Positions 1-9,872 of a DNA stretch of 64,000 nucleotides are shown in pieces. Both the position numbers and the translations under genes were made by a program. Source of the stretch: an uncultured Prevotella sp. Its GTDB lineage: Bacteria > Bacteroidota > Bacteroidia > Bacteroidales > Bacteroidaceae. The notes under the pieces were generated by a model. It was not told the DNA's origin and searched no databases. It worked only from the letters and a program-made list of their open reading frames with translations. The DNA is taken from the NCBI GenBank assembly GCA_900554545.1, contig USHW01000007.1:6861-70860 (forward strand), in the 5' to 3' direction. Within the stretch, counting starts at the first letter, position 1, and each line of letters opens with the position of its first letter.

Positions 1-73
1 CCAATTGAACAAAAGGGCTGCAAACAAAGCATTTGGCTTTAACTTCTATACCTTCTCTAACTTCTATAAATTC
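1..73. repeat. Right half of a family-H fold-back element, cut by the window edge
   Basis: CAAAGCATTT core at 25-34 followed by GGCTTTAACTTCTATA...AACTTCTATA, like the right arm at 29160-29222. Confidence 0.55.
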
Positions 74-1249
74 CTATCTTCCCGAACACTCCTTGACATA
101 CTCCGCAAACAGCTCAAGCCCCTTCATCATCACCGAACGGGGACATGCTATGTTCACGCGGACGAACGGGCGGTCGTGTTCGCCGTACATCTCGCCGTCG
201 TTAAGCCAAAGTTTTTTCTCGTTAAGAAGCTCGTCCACAATGGCGGTTGACGGCTTTCCGAGCGCCGAGCAGTCGAGCCACACAAGGTAAGTGGCCTCCA
301 GCTTGGTAACAGGAATTTGCGGAATGTTCTTCGCAAAAAACTCTTTCAGGCACTCGTAGTTGCCGTGCAGATAAGCCAGCAGTTCTTCAAGCCACTCCTC
401 TCCGCCGTTATACGCCGCCTGAAGGGCGGTAACCCCGAACGGACTTACGTCGCAAACCTCGTTTATGTTGATGGCTTTGTCAATGCGGCGGCGCACGTCA
501 TCGTCAGCCGCAGTTATGTTGGCAATCTGCGTTCCGGCAATGTTGAATGTCTTTGTCGGCGCTGTACACGTTGCCGAATGCGTCAGGAAATCGTCAGAAA
601 GCGATGCGAACGGAGTGTACTTGTAGCCCGGCATAACGATGTCGCAGTGTATTTCGTCCGACAAAACGAACACTCCGTGCTTCATGCAGATGTCGCCCAT
701 ACGGCGCAATTCGCCGGCAGTCCACGCACGTCCGGCAGGGTTATGGGGGTTGCACAGCAGGAAGAGCTTGACCTTCGGGTCGGCGGCACGACGCTCGAAG
801 TCGTCAAAATCAATTGTATAAGTGCCGTCGGCGTAAACCAGCTTGTTGTCTTCCATCACGCAGCCGTTGTTCCGTATGGACGAGAAGAAGCAGTTGTAAA
901 CCGGCGTCTGCACAAGCACCTTGTCGCCGGGAACGGTCATCGCCTTGATGACAGCAGACACAGCAGGCACCACACCGGTGGTATATATTATCCACTCACG
1001 CCGCATGCGCCAGCCGTGGCGGCGGTCAAACCAGTTGATTACGGCCTCGTAATACGAGTCGGGCACATGCTCGTAGCCGAACACTCCGTGGTCAACCCTC
1101 CTGCGCAAAGCCTCTATTATGCACGGCGCTGTGCGGAAATCCATGTCCGCAACCCACATGGGCAACGCGCCATCTACGTGTCCGCCGTCCCACTTCTCGC
1201 TGTCAGTGCCGCGGCGGTCTACAATCTCGTCAAAATCAAATCTTGCCAT
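74..1249 (-). CDS. MalY/PatB family PLP-dependent C-S lyase/aminotransferase
   Basis: Motifs FDEIVDRRGTDSEKWD, PMWVADMDF, LCNPHNP, SDEIH, PTKTFN; start moved to the ATG at 1249. Confidence 0.9.
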   Translation of the reverse strand: MARFDFDEIVDRRGTDSEKWDGGHVDGALPMWVADMDFRTAPCIIEALRRRVDHGVFGYEHVPDSYYEAVINWFDRRHGWRMRREWIIYTTGVVPAVSAVIKAMTVPGDKVLVQTPVYNCFFSSIRNNGCVMEDNKLVYADGTYTIDFDDFERRAADPKVKLFLLCNPHNPAGRAWTAGELRRMGDICMKHGVFVLSDEIHCDIVMPGYKYTPFASLSDDFLTHSATCTAPTKTFNIAGTQIANITAADDDVRRRIDKAININEVCDVSPFGVTALQAAYNGGEEWLEELLAYLHGNYECLKEFFAKNIPQIPVTKLEATYLVWLDCSALGKPSTAIVDELLNEKKLWLNDGEMYGEHDRPFVRVNIACPRSVMMKGLELFAEYVKECSGR

Positions 1250-1476
1250 AACATTATCATAATAAGTTCCACTTGTATGGCGCAAAGTTACTAAAGAAAC
1301 AGCGTAAAATAAGTGGATACACCACAACAAAAACATGCTTTTCCTGATAAATGTGTATAAAATAAGTAAAAAAACTATTTCTATAAATGTTTTTTTGTAC
1401 TTTCGCGGATTGTAAAGCCTATCAGGCGCATATTGAAAAAGACATAATCCAACGACATAAAACTCACGGCAAAAAG

Positions 1477-2781
1477 ATGAAAGAAAACAATGTAAAGCCG
1501 GCAACAGGCAAACTTGGCATATTGTGCGTCGGCCTCGGAGCTGTCAGCACCACATTCATGGCAGGCACAATGATGATACGCAAAGGCATGGGCAAGCCCA
1601 TAGGCTCAATCACGCAGATGGCGAAAATACGCGTAGGGAAGGGTGACGGCAAGCAATACAAGCATGTATCAGACATTGTTCCGATGCCGACTCTTGACGA
1701 TATCGTGTTCGGAGCGTGGGACATCCTGCCCGGAAACGCTTTCGAAAGCGCGCTCAACGCCGAAGTGCTGAGGGACAGGGACATCTATCCCGTAAAGCAG
1801 GAGCTTGAAAGCATACAACCGATGCGCGGCGTTTACGACCCCGATTACGTCAAGGCCATCGACGGGACATGGGCCAAGGACACACAGCTTACGCGCTGGG
1901 AGCTTATGGAACAGGTGCGCGAAGACATACGCACGTTCAAGAAGAAGAACGGATGCAGCCGCGTTGTGGTTGTCTGGGCGGCCTCGACCGAAATTTACGT
2001 GCCGCGCGAAGACAGTGTGCACGGCAGCCTTGAAACGCTTGAAGCGGCTATGAAAGCCGACGACCGCAAGCACATTTCACCGTCCATGTGCTATGCTTTT
2101 GCCGCCATTTCAGAGGAAGCACCGTTCATAATGGGTGCTCCGAACACATGTCTCGACATTCCGGCGATATGGGAACTGGCCGAAAAGCACCGCGTTCCGA
2201 TAGCCGGAAAGGACTTCAAGACCGGCCAGACGATGATGAAGACTGTCCTGTCGGCTGCCTTCCGCACACGCATGCTGGGAGTTAACGGATGGTTCTCTAC
2301 CAACATCCTCGGCAACAGGGACGGTCTCGTGCTTGACGTTCCTGAGAATTTCAAGACCAAGGAAGTGAGCAAGCTCGGCGTGATTGACACCATATTGAGA
2401 AAAGAAGAATATCCCGAGCTTTACGGAGACATATTCCACAAGGTGCGCATCAACTACTATCCGCCGCGCAACGACAACAAGGAAGGATGGGACAACATCG
2501 ACATATTCGGCTGGATGGGCTATCCCATGCAGATAAAAGTCGACTTCCTGTGCAAGGACTCCATACTGGCCGCACCGCTGTTGCTTGACCTCGCCCTGCT
2601 GGGCGACCTCGCGGCACGCGCCGGAAAGAGCGGAATACAGTCATGGCTGTCGTTCTACATGAAGAATCCGATGCACGCCGACGGCGAAGAACCTGTACAC
2701 GACCTGTTCCAACAGTACACTATGTTGAAGAACGCGCTCCGCGAAATGGGCGGATATGAAGCCGATGAAGAAATTGACTGA
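1477..2781 (+). CDS. ino1: myo-inositol-1-phosphate synthase
   Basis: GLGAVSTT Rossmann motif, GKDFKTGQT, NILGNRDG, DSILAAPLLLDL. Confidence 0.93.
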   Translation: MKENNVKPATGKLGILCVGLGAVSTTFMAGTMMIRKGMGKPIGSITQMAKIRVGKGDGKQYKHVSDIVPMPTLDDIVFGAWDILPGNAFESALNAEVLRDRDIYPVKQELESIQPMRGVYDPDYVKAIDGTWAKDTQLTRWELMEQVREDIRTFKKKNGCSRVVVVWAASTEIYVPREDSVHGSLETLEAAMKADDRKHISPSMCYAFAAISEEAPFIMGAPNTCLDIPAIWELAEKHRVPIAGKDFKTGQTMMKTVLSAAFRTRMLGVNGWFSTNILGNRDGLVLDVPENFKTKEVSKLGVIDTILRKEEYPELYGDIFHKVRINYYPPRNDNKEGWDNIDIFGWMGYPMQIKVDFLCKDSILAAPLLLDLALLGDLAARAGKSGIQSWLSFYMKNPMHADGEEPVHDLFQQYTMLKNALREMGGYEADEEID

Positions 2782-3811
2782 CAAGAAGAAACTCTTGCGT
2801 ATTACATTACAATCGCTGCCAATAGCATTGGCCGCGATTGTATTTTTTATCTATGCGTCAACCTTCATGCCGCTTTCGGCTGAAAGGATGGGAAGAAGCG
2901 TGGCGCTGGTTGAAAGCGTTTCACACTACGAACTGCTTGCCGACGGCAAACCTGTGGCCTTTTTCAGCAACATCAGCGACAGCCTGCAACCGGAGGGGCT
3001 GTCGCCGTCAGCCGGCCAGGACGTGGCCGTCAAGACGTACGCCACGGCCTGCTGGGTGAACCGCTGGCCGCTGCTGCCTTCGTGCAACGGCATGTTGCTG
3101 ACCGCCAACAGCGACAGCGCGGCGGAGAAAAGGCTTGCGGCTGCAAACAGGAAGATGCCAGAAATAATAAGAAAAGCCATCGAATACACACGCACGAGGG
3201 TCGAACTATTGGACAGGACGATTGAAGAAACCGGCTATTACATGAAGACCCACAACGTGAACGACGACGGCTACAACACCATTGCGGAATATGCGGCAGG
3301 ATTGGAGCAACGCAAAGCCAAAGCCGAAAAGCTGCTCTCTGCCCTGACGGCGGCATCGAAACACAGACAGACGGCCATAAGGCTCGTCACCGAATACACC
3401 GTAATAAGCAAAGACACGGCTGGAAAAACGCTGCGCACACCTTGCTCTGTCCTTACCCCCGACCGCACAAAGCCGCTCCGCCTGCTGCAAACCGCCGACC
3501 GGACAACGCCTACAGGCGCGGTTCCCCTTTACCTGCACCAGTGGCTGACGCCGCAACTTGACAGAGGCGACGGCATAGCCACGGCGGCATATCCCGGCTG
3601 CCAGCTCAGCAACTACAGGCCGGACAAGGCCAGAACACAGGTGTCTGACGGTAACGTTGCAGGAAAAGACAGCATCGACGTGCCGCCCGTGCTCGCGCCA
3701 GACGGCTCTCCCGTATTCACATCATACGGCCGCCTTGCCGGCATTAGCATTGGCGGCAAAGTGGCAAAGCCCGGCGTTGCCGGCTTCGGACTAAACAACC
3801 TGCTGCCATGA
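2765..3811 (+). CDS. Membrane-anchored hypothetical protein with a degenerate trypsin-like fold
   Basis: N-terminal hydrophobic helix; GMLLTA and DGSPVF..GRLAGI resemble trypsin-like motifs without the catalytic His/Ser; overlaps both neighbours. Confidence 0.6.
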   Translation: MKKLTDKKKLLRITLQSLPIALAAIVFFIYASTFMPLSAERMGRSVALVESVSHYELLADGKPVAFFSNISDSLQPEGLSPSAGQDVAVKTYATACWVNRWPLLPSCNGMLLTANSDSAAEKRLAAANRKMPEIIRKAIEYTRTRVELLDRTIEETGYYMKTHNVNDDGYNTIAEYAAGLEQRKAKAEKLLSALTAASKHRQTAIRLVTEYTVISKDTAGKTLRTPCSVLTPDRTKPLRLLQTADRTTPTGAVPLYLHQWLTPQLDRGDGIATAAYPGCQLSNYRPDKARTQVSDGNVAGKDSIDVPPVLAPDGSPVFTSYGRLAGISIGGKVAKPGVAGFGLNNLLP

Positions 3812-5007
3812 AAAACATCACCACGATACTTGTCCTTGCCGCATTGCTCGTGCTGTCGGCATGTTCCAAGGTAACGCCCGGCGGCAATGCCGTCACAGTA
3901 AAAGCCGGATGCACCTACCGCGGAGGAACAGCCGACGGACTGCCCGACGGCTACGGCGTGCTGGCACGCGGCGACAGCGCCGTTTACAGCGGACAATGGA
4001 AAGCAGGAAAGAGGCACGGCACCGCCGCCGTCACCGACCCGCAGGGACGCACAGTGACGGCAACGTTCAGGGCGGACACCGTTGTGAACGGAACAGTAGC
4101 CGACAGCCTCGGCACTTACCAGGGCGAACTTGACAGCCTCTACCGTCCCAGCGGCCACGGCATATACCGCGGACGCGACGGCTCTTACTATGACGGGGCA
4201 TGGCGCGAGGGCAAGAGAAACGGCTTCGGATGCGGTATAACGGCCAAAGGGAAGGTGCAGACGGGCGAATGGAAGGACGGCGTTTACCGCGGAGAACGCA
4301 TGACCTACACCGCCGAGCGCATCTACGGCATAGACATTTCGCGCTACCAGCACGGCAAAGGGCGCAAGAAATACGCCATACACTGGAACAAGCTGCGCAT
4401 CAACCACCTTGGAAACATAAGCCGCAAGAAGGTCAGCGGCAAGGTGGACTACCCCGTATCGTTCGTCTATATCAAGTCGACCGAAGGCGCTTCAGTGCGC
4501 AACCCCTATTATCTTAGCGATTACCGCTCCGCGCGCAGGTACAAGATACCCGTCGGCGCATACCACTTCTTCTCGTACACGTCAACCGCTCAGAAGCAGG
4601 CTCAGTACTTCCTGCGCCATTCGCGCTTCACGAAGGGCGACCTGCCGCCCGTCCTCGACGTGGAGCCTACAGCCTGGCAGATACGCAAGATGGGCGGAGT
4701 GCAGGCCATGTTCAGCCGCATACGCACGTGGCTCGGCATCGTTCAGCGGCGCACTGGGGTGCGTCCCATCCTATACGTGAGCCAGCAGTTCGTAAACAAA
4801 TACCTGCCCGAAGCGCCCGACCTGATGCGCGACTACATGGTATGGATAGCCCGTTACGGCGAATACAGGCCCGAAGTGCGCCTCGCCATCTGGCAGCTGT
4901 GCCCCGACGGGCGAGTGGACGGCATACGCGGCGAGGTTGACATCAACGTGTTCAACGGCTATCACGACGACTTCCAGACATTCCTTAAGAACGAGACGAT
5001 AAAGTAA
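3808..5007 (+). CDS. Lipoprotein with MORN repeats and a GH25 muramidase domain
   Basis: Lipobox LSAC; YxGxWxxGKRxGxG repeats; GIDISRYQ, GAYHFF, LDVE motifs. Confidence 0.88.
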   Translation: MKNITTILVLAALLVLSACSKVTPGGNAVTVKAGCTYRGGTADGLPDGYGVLARGDSAVYSGQWKAGKRHGTAAVTDPQGRTVTATFRADTVVNGTVADSLGTYQGELDSLYRPSGHGIYRGRDGSYYDGAWREGKRNGFGCGITAKGKVQTGEWKDGVYRGERMTYTAERIYGIDISRYQHGKGRKKYAIHWNKLRINHLGNISRKKVSGKVDYPVSFVYIKSTEGASVRNPYYLSDYRSARRYKIPVGAYHFFSYTSTAQKQAQYFLRHSRFTKGDLPPVLDVEPTAWQIRKMGGVQAMFSRIRTWLGIVQRRTGVRPILYVSQQFVNKYLPEAPDLMRDYMVWIARYGEYRPEVRLAIWQLCPDGRVDGIRGEVDINVFNGYHDDFQTFLKNETIK

Positions 5008-5008
5008 G

Positions 5009-5123
5009 CGTAACTCTCTGACAGTCAGCGCATACGCAAAAGGCCACCTTTTACACGGTAAAAGGTGGCCTTTTGGCTTGCAATTGACGGCCTTTTATAC
5101 TCCAAAAGACTGTCAATTGGACA
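5009..5123 (+). repeat. Family A element 1 (IHF-like box plus four 22-bp units)
   Basis: TAACTCTCTGACAGTCAG, then units at 5036, 5058, 5080, 5102 (AAAAG-N5-CTTTT type). Confidence 0.85.
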
Positions 5124-5191
5124 CCCACCCCAATCAAACCAGACACCCGCCCCGACCCTCCCGAAGGGAGGGAGATTGATTACATGAACTC
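5124..5191 (+). repeat. Family B REP-like hairpin (CCCTCCCGAAGGGAGGG) with linker
   Basis: Homologous 68-nt copy at 56456-56523; related inverted copy near 28221-28254. Confidence 0.75.
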
Positions 5192-5230
5192 CTTTAACTA
5201 CCGAAAATAACTCCTTTAACTACAAAAAGG

Positions 5231-5647
5231 CTAAGAGCCATAGTTCACAATCACCGTTACCTTCACAAGACTGTAGCGCGTGCCTGCCTTTCTTGTAGAA
5301 TAAGGGCCGTCACACCTCATCACGTAGACACGGTTCTGCCCCTTGCCGCGCACCGTAAGCACCGTCGTAACGCCGTTTTCGGTGCGCTTTTCGGTGAAGT
5401 CGCCCGTGCCCTTCTCGCGCTTGAAGGCTGCCGAGAAGCTGCCGGCATCGGCGTCAGAGAGTTCGAGCACCTTTACAACCTTCTGTATTTTCCGTGTATT
5501 CGGGTCACGCTCCACCGCCGAAGTGAACTTGCTTCGCCCCACCGACGAGTAATCATCGACAAGCCGGTCGATGCTGTTCTGCCCCAAGGCAGATGCCGCA
5601 CACCCGGCGATGAACATCAATATAAAAACTATCCTGCGCACCATCAT
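5231..5647 (-). CDS. Exported small protein (DUF5024-like), accessory to the ECF operon
   Basis: Signal peptide ending ALG-Q; FTSAVERDP motif; last gene of the ECF operon. Confidence 0.65.
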   Translation of the reverse strand: MMVRRIVFILMFIAGCAASALGQNSIDRLVDDYSSVGRSKFTSAVERDPNTRKIQKVVKVLELSDADAGSFSAAFKREKGTGDFTEKRTENGVTTVLTVRGKGQNRVYVMRCDGPYSTRKAGTRYSLVKVTVIVNYGS

Positions 5648-5659
5648 TGTCGTTTTTAA

Positions 5660-6169
5660 CTATTCCAACATTTCTTCCACCTGCCTGCGCATGTCCGGGT
5701 CGTCAATGCTGCCGAGCACGTCAAGCTCGACCTGCTCCACCACCGACCGCCGGCCGATGCGGCTCTCTATATGCTCCGCGTCGGCAAGAGCCGCTTCAAT
5801 GTCGCCCTTGATGCGTCCGAGGTCGTCTATGCGGTGGCCGTTGTCTATTACATAACTGCCCCCGTAAAGCCGCGCCAGCGCCTTGTCTTCGCGGTAATCC
5901 AGATATGTCAGCACCCCGAACAGCAGCACTATGGCAGCCGCCACGCCGCACACGGCACGCCATACAACAGGCATGAACCTCGCCCTGCGCCCCTCCGCGG
6001 CCTGCATAGAGCCGAAGGCGGCGAACACGGGGCGGTACTTCTCAAGCTCCTGCGGCAGCCCCTTGCGGCTGAACAGGCTGTAGAGCCTGCGCTCCTCGGC
6101 CAGCGTCGTCTCGCCGTCGAAGAAGCGGCGCACAAGCCTTTCAGTGTCTTTTATTTCCCTGTTATTCAT
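5660..6169 (-). CDS. Putative membrane-anchored anti-sigma factor
   Basis: RFFDGETTLAEERRL N-terminus, one TM helix, overlaps the sigma stop codon. Confidence 0.75.
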   Translation of the reverse strand: MNNREIKDTERLVRRFFDGETTLAEERRLYSLFSRKGLPQELEKYRPVFAAFGSMQAAEGRRARFMPVVWRAVCGVAAAIVLLFGVLTYLDYREDKALARLYGGSYVIDNGHRIDDLGRIKGDIEAALADAEHIESRIGRRSVVEQVELDVLGSIDDPDMRRQVEEMLE

Positions 6170-6644
6170 CTTCCAAACTGTCAAGATAATGTTTCCTCAC
6201 GGCCATGCGCGCACGGCTTAGCTGCTTGCGCACGGCGGCCTCGCTCGCGCCGGTCAGCCGGGCTATTTCGTCCATAGGCATACCGTCGATGTGGCGCAGG
6301 CGGAGCACCACCTGCTGGGCGGCCGGCAGCGTGTCGATTACCTTCATGACGTGCGCGAGGGCATCGCCGTCCATGCCCTCCTGGGGCTGCGCCTGCATGG
6401 CCGTAAGCTCCAAGGGTACGGTCTGCCTGCGGCGGCGCAGGCGGTCGACGCAGAGGTTTCGCACGAGGACTTTCGCCAACGGAGCCACCGGGCGGCGCAG
6501 GGTGTCGGCCATAAGGCACAGCTTCAGCAGCGCGTCCTGCACGGAATCCTCCGCGTCGGCGGCACTGCCGAGCAGACCCGTGGCCACCTGAAGCAGCATC
6601 GGGCGCATGGCCTCGGCCTCGCGTTGAAAGTCCTCTCGTGTCAT
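6162..6644 (-). CDS. ECF RNA polymerase sigma factor
   Basis: Region 2 (DAEDSVQDALLKL, RNLCVDRLRRR) and region 4 (EIARLTGASEAAVRKQLSRAR). Confidence 0.92.
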   Translation of the reverse strand: MTREDFQREAEAMRPMLLQVATGLLGSAADAEDSVQDALLKLCLMADTLRRPVAPLAKVLVRNLCVDRLRRRRQTVPLELTAMQAQPQEGMDGDALAHVMKVIDTLPAAQQVVLRLRHIDGMPMDEIARLTGASEAAVRKQLSRARMAVRKHYLDSLEDE

Positions 6645-6680
6645 GTAAAGCGTCTGCCGCCAGTTAAAAGGCGGATGGAT

Positions 6681-7766
6681 TTAGAACTTGTTTAGGCCAG
6701 ACGTGTCGATATGCGACACGCCTGTGCCTGTAAAATTGGTGTTGTCAGCCGTGCCTGAGAGCTGGATGTCTATTTGTCCGCTCGTGTCTATATTGATGCT
6801 TTGGCAGTCGAGAGCAAGCTTGAAGCGGCCTACTCCGCAACAATCGAGCTTGGCCTGTCCGCCGGAATAGCTTACGTCGTATTCGCTACGGCCGTCGATG
6901 CTCATGTCAAGAGAGGCCGCCTTGAACTTGCCGCGCAGCACGTCATTGCCCGAGTTTGCCACGGCTATGCTCTCCGCGGTTATGTCGCCCGCCAGGTTTG
7001 ACTGCCCGTAATTGGTATATTCAAAGCCGCCGTCAAGCGTGATTGCGCCGTCCATGGCGTACAGTCCGTCGTTGACACACTTCAACGACGAGCCTTTTAT
7101 GCCGCCGTCGAACTTCATCTGGCCGTGGTTGGTGACCTTCGTGCGGTCTGAAGCAACGTTGCAGTCGTCAATACTAAGCATTCCGTTGTTGGAGATTGAC
7201 AGCACCGGCGCGGAGATTGACGGCGTTCGGACGGAGCACTGGCCGTTGTTCGAGATGGAAACGGCGACGTCCTGCCCCTTGCATGATATTCCGTCAACAT
7301 CAAAAGACAGCGCGCCGTTGTTCACAACGTCAAGACTCTTGGGCGCGAACTGCCCCGCCTTGAACACCGTGCTGCCGTTGTTATGGATGCTGTTCAGCTC
7401 CGGGGCGGTGATGTCAAGCGTCAAAGTGTTAAGCAAATCAACGGCTGCATTTGCCCCGTTGCCGTATTTCTGCTTTACGACAAGGAGGTTCTTTGACACG
7501 TAAAATTCGCTCCTGTCAAGCGCGTCCTTGTCTCCACGCACCACCACTTTATAGTCATTACCGCGCGTATAGTTCACAACCACGCTCGTGTTGACCGTTA
7601 TTCCTGTGAAATCACGCAGGTTGAGGGTACGCTCAACCGTACCGGTAGACACCACATGTGACTGCTCCACGATATAGCCGGAAGGCAGGTTCTTGTTTGT
7701 TCCGCTGCAAGCCGACAGCGAAAACGCCGCCGCACAGGCGGTGAATAAAATAGTCTTGATGTTCAT
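6681..7766 (-). CDS. Lipoprotein with GIN/DUF2807-like beta-helix repeats
   Basis: Lipobox LSAC; RDFTGITVN; repeated xxNNGxxx beta-solenoid units. Confidence 0.75.
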   Translation of the reverse strand: MNIKTILFTACAAAFSLSACSGTNKNLPSGYIVEQSHVVSTGTVERTLNLRDFTGITVNTSVVVNYTRGNDYKVVVRGDKDALDRSEFYVSKNLLVVKQKYGNGANAAVDLLNTLTLDITAPELNSIHNNGSTVFKAGQFAPKSLDVVNNGALSFDVDGISCKGQDVAVSISNNGQCSVRTPSISAPVLSISNNGMLSIDDCNVASDRTKVTNHGQMKFDGGIKGSSLKCVNDGLYAMDGAITLDGGFEYTNYGQSNLAGDITAESIAVANSGNDVLRGKFKAASLDMSIDGRSEYDVSYSGGQAKLDCCGVGRFKLALDCQSINIDTSGQIDIQLSGTADNTNFTGTGVSHIDTSGLNKF

Positions 7767-7803
7767 GACATTCCGTTTTAAAATGTTATACGTTTACCCT
7801 TAT

Positions 7804-7829
7804 TACGCATGAGAGCCGTATTTGTGACA
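7804..7829 (-). promoter_or_regulatory. Candidate ECF-sigma promoter TGTCAC-N16-CGTA
   Basis: ECF-type -35/-10 spacing about 40 nt upstream of the operon that encodes the ECF sigma. Confidence 0.55.
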
Positions 7830-7884
7830 TGGGGGAACGTGTTTTTTCATGTTTTGAGCGAAAAAACGCGCGGCAAAGTATAAT

Positions 7885-7921
7885 AAAAGGCTGCGCACCC
7901 TGCGGTTGGGCGGCAGCCTTC
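7885..7921 (-). terminator. Intrinsic terminator after the NigD-like gene
   Basis: AAGGCTGC...GCAGCCTT stem with a T run on the minus strand. Confidence 0.5.
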
Positions 7922-7937
7922 TTGACTGAAATTCTGA

Positions 7938-8630
7938 TTAAAAAGAGAATGTGCGCGTAAGCGTTCCGTCGTAAGTCTCGATGTCGATGCTCACCTCGTC
8001 GCCTGCGGCAGGCTCGATGGGTAGGCGCGACGCGGCAATGCTTACGTATGCCTCGGTGGTATAATATTCGGGCACTCCGGCCTGGTCGTGGTACAGGGAA
8101 AGGCGTACAAGGCGCGTGCCGTCGTCACGTTCGTCAACGCCAAGGCATACTATACCGAGCGTCTGGGTGCCATACGAGCCGTCAACAGAGCCGGTCTTCA
8201 CGCCAAGTTCAAGGTTCAGGTACTTTCCGTTACGGCTCGTCCACGAGCTGACGAAGTCCAACGGATCGGCCTTCAGGCCGTCTTCCATCTCTTCAACAGG
8301 CACAACCGACGGAACAAGCACCTGCGTAAGGCCGAGAGGTTCGGCGAGAAACGAACCGTCGTCAGCCTCTACCTTATTATAATATAACAGTGCGCGGTAC
8401 ACCGTGTCGGGACGTTCCATCGAGCTAATCTTTACCGCAGAAGCAAGGAACATCCGCTCGCCGTCGTCAGTCTCGATGCTTACCACATTGGCATCGGCGT
8501 CGGTCTGCGCCTCGACAAAATCTGCACGCATGTTCGACAAAGAGCCTTCGCCCGTATGGTAGGCTTCATTCTCGCACGCCATAAGCAACAAGGCCAGCGG
8601 CAGGAAGATGTGTTTCAGGCAGCGTTTCAT
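7938..8630 (-). CDS. NigD-like lipoprotein
   Basis: Lipobox LMAC; TDDGE, YRALLYY, YLNL, LYHDQ pattern. Confidence 0.75.
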   Translation of the reverse strand: MKRCLKHIFLPLALLLMACENEAYHTGEGSLSNMRADFVEAQTDADANVVSIETDDGERMFLASAVKISSMERPDTVYRALLYYNKVEADDGSFLAEPLGLTQVLVPSVVPVEEMEDGLKADPLDFVSSWTSRNGKYLNLELGVKTGSVDGSYGTQTLGIVCLGVDERDDGTRLVRLSLYHDQAGVPEYYTTEAYVSIAASRLPIEPAAGDEVSIDIETYDGTLTRTFSF

Positions 8631-9781
8631 CGTGTGGCGTTGATATGGTTGATGGCCGGATTGGCATACATTGTGAGCATACGCTCCATGAGGAACGGCT
8701 CGTCCTTGTCTGGAAGGTCGATTTTAGCAAGCTGTCCGGCAAGGTATTTCTCGAACACTGCTTTGTCCTTATCAGTGTATTCGCAGGCATGGGCACCGTC
8801 GCCGCGCAGCATGTCGATGGCGATATAGTTGGACGGATACAAGCGGTAGTTGCGGTGGATTTCGTGGTCGATGTGTTCCGCGATTACGTCAAACACCTCC
8901 GCCTTGGGCGTATCGTCGCCAAGCGTGCCGAGCCAGCTGTCAATGCACGGCGCACACTGGTAGTGAACGCGCCCCTTATAGCCAAGAATGCCGGTCTGCA
9001 TGCTTACGATGTCGTCCTCGGCAGACTTCTTCCAGCCCTCTATGTCGCGCTTCTGCTGGAACTCCTTGGCCTTCAGGTAGTCGCAAGGGTCGTACTCATA
9101 CGATATTGCCAGCGGCACAATGTGCAGCCTGCGCAGCTTTTCCACAACGTCGCCCTTGCCCTCTCCTATCGCCATCATCTTCAGGATGGCAGGCTGTGTG
9201 CGGTCGTCGGAATCCTTGGCACGCCCCTCGCGCTGGGCAATCCAGATGTTGTCGTGCTTCTCTTCTATTACAAAGTGCATGTAATCGGACATCAGCTTGC
9301 TGGCCATAAACGTCTCGCGGGGAGACAATCCACGCCTTACGATAAACGACTTGTTCACCCTGACAAGGTCTTTTACCCATGGCAGAGCCAGCAGGTTGTC
9401 GCCGATGGCAATCTCGCAGGTGGTATTGAAACCATTGTCAATCAAGAGTTTGTCAAGGAAACCGGAATCAAGCACGATGTCCCTGTGATTGCTTACAAAC
9501 GTGTAACGCCCCACCTTGTCAACCGCAGAGGCGTCCATGTCGCAACCGGCGGTAAGCTTGTCAACCAATGACTGCACGAAACCGTAACAGAAAGACAGCT
9601 GGAACTCAAGGTTTGTCTTGCATGAAAGCATCTTGTCGCGCACGCTCTCAAAAGGCAGTCCCGGCATTGCGTATGCCAAAACCTGCCTGAATTGCCCGTC
9701 GGCGAGCAAGCGTTCAAACACCTGTGGCAACTCCTCCGGCTCATAAGGGCGGATGCTGTCAAATGCAGTAGGAACTTTCAT
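8627..9781 (-). CDS. PlsC-superfamily acyltransferase
   Basis: NHRDIVLD (HX4D) and WIAQREGRAKD motifs. Confidence 0.85.
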   Translation of the reverse strand: MKVPTAFDSIRPYEPEELPQVFERLLADGQFRQVLAYAMPGLPFESVRDKMLSCKTNLEFQLSFCYGFVQSLVDKLTAGCDMDASAVDKVGRYTFVSNHRDIVLDSGFLDKLLIDNGFNTTCEIAIGDNLLALPWVKDLVRVNKSFIVRRGLSPRETFMASKLMSDYMHFVIEEKHDNIWIAQREGRAKDSDDRTQPAILKMMAIGEGKGDVVEKLRRLHIVPLAISYEYDPCDYLKAKEFQQKRDIEGWKKSAEDDIVSMQTGILGYKGRVHYQCAPCIDSWLGTLGDDTPKAEVFDVIAEHIDHEIHRNYRLYPSNYIAIDMLRGDGAHACEYTDKDKAVFEKYLAGQLAKIDLPDKDEPFLMERMLTMYANPAINHINATR

Positions 9782-9813
9782 AAATTGTCAAGGATTATTT
9801 TCAAACGACAGAC

Positions 9814-9858
9814 AAAGGAGTTAATGGAATTTGTCTTCATGGTTCCATTAACTCCTTT
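9814..9858. repeat. Short family-H type fold-back hairpin
   Basis: AAAGGAGTTAATGGAA / TTCCATTAACTCCTTT perfect 16-bp inverted repeat. Confidence 0.75.
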
Positions 9859-9872
9859 AACTTTACAATGTG

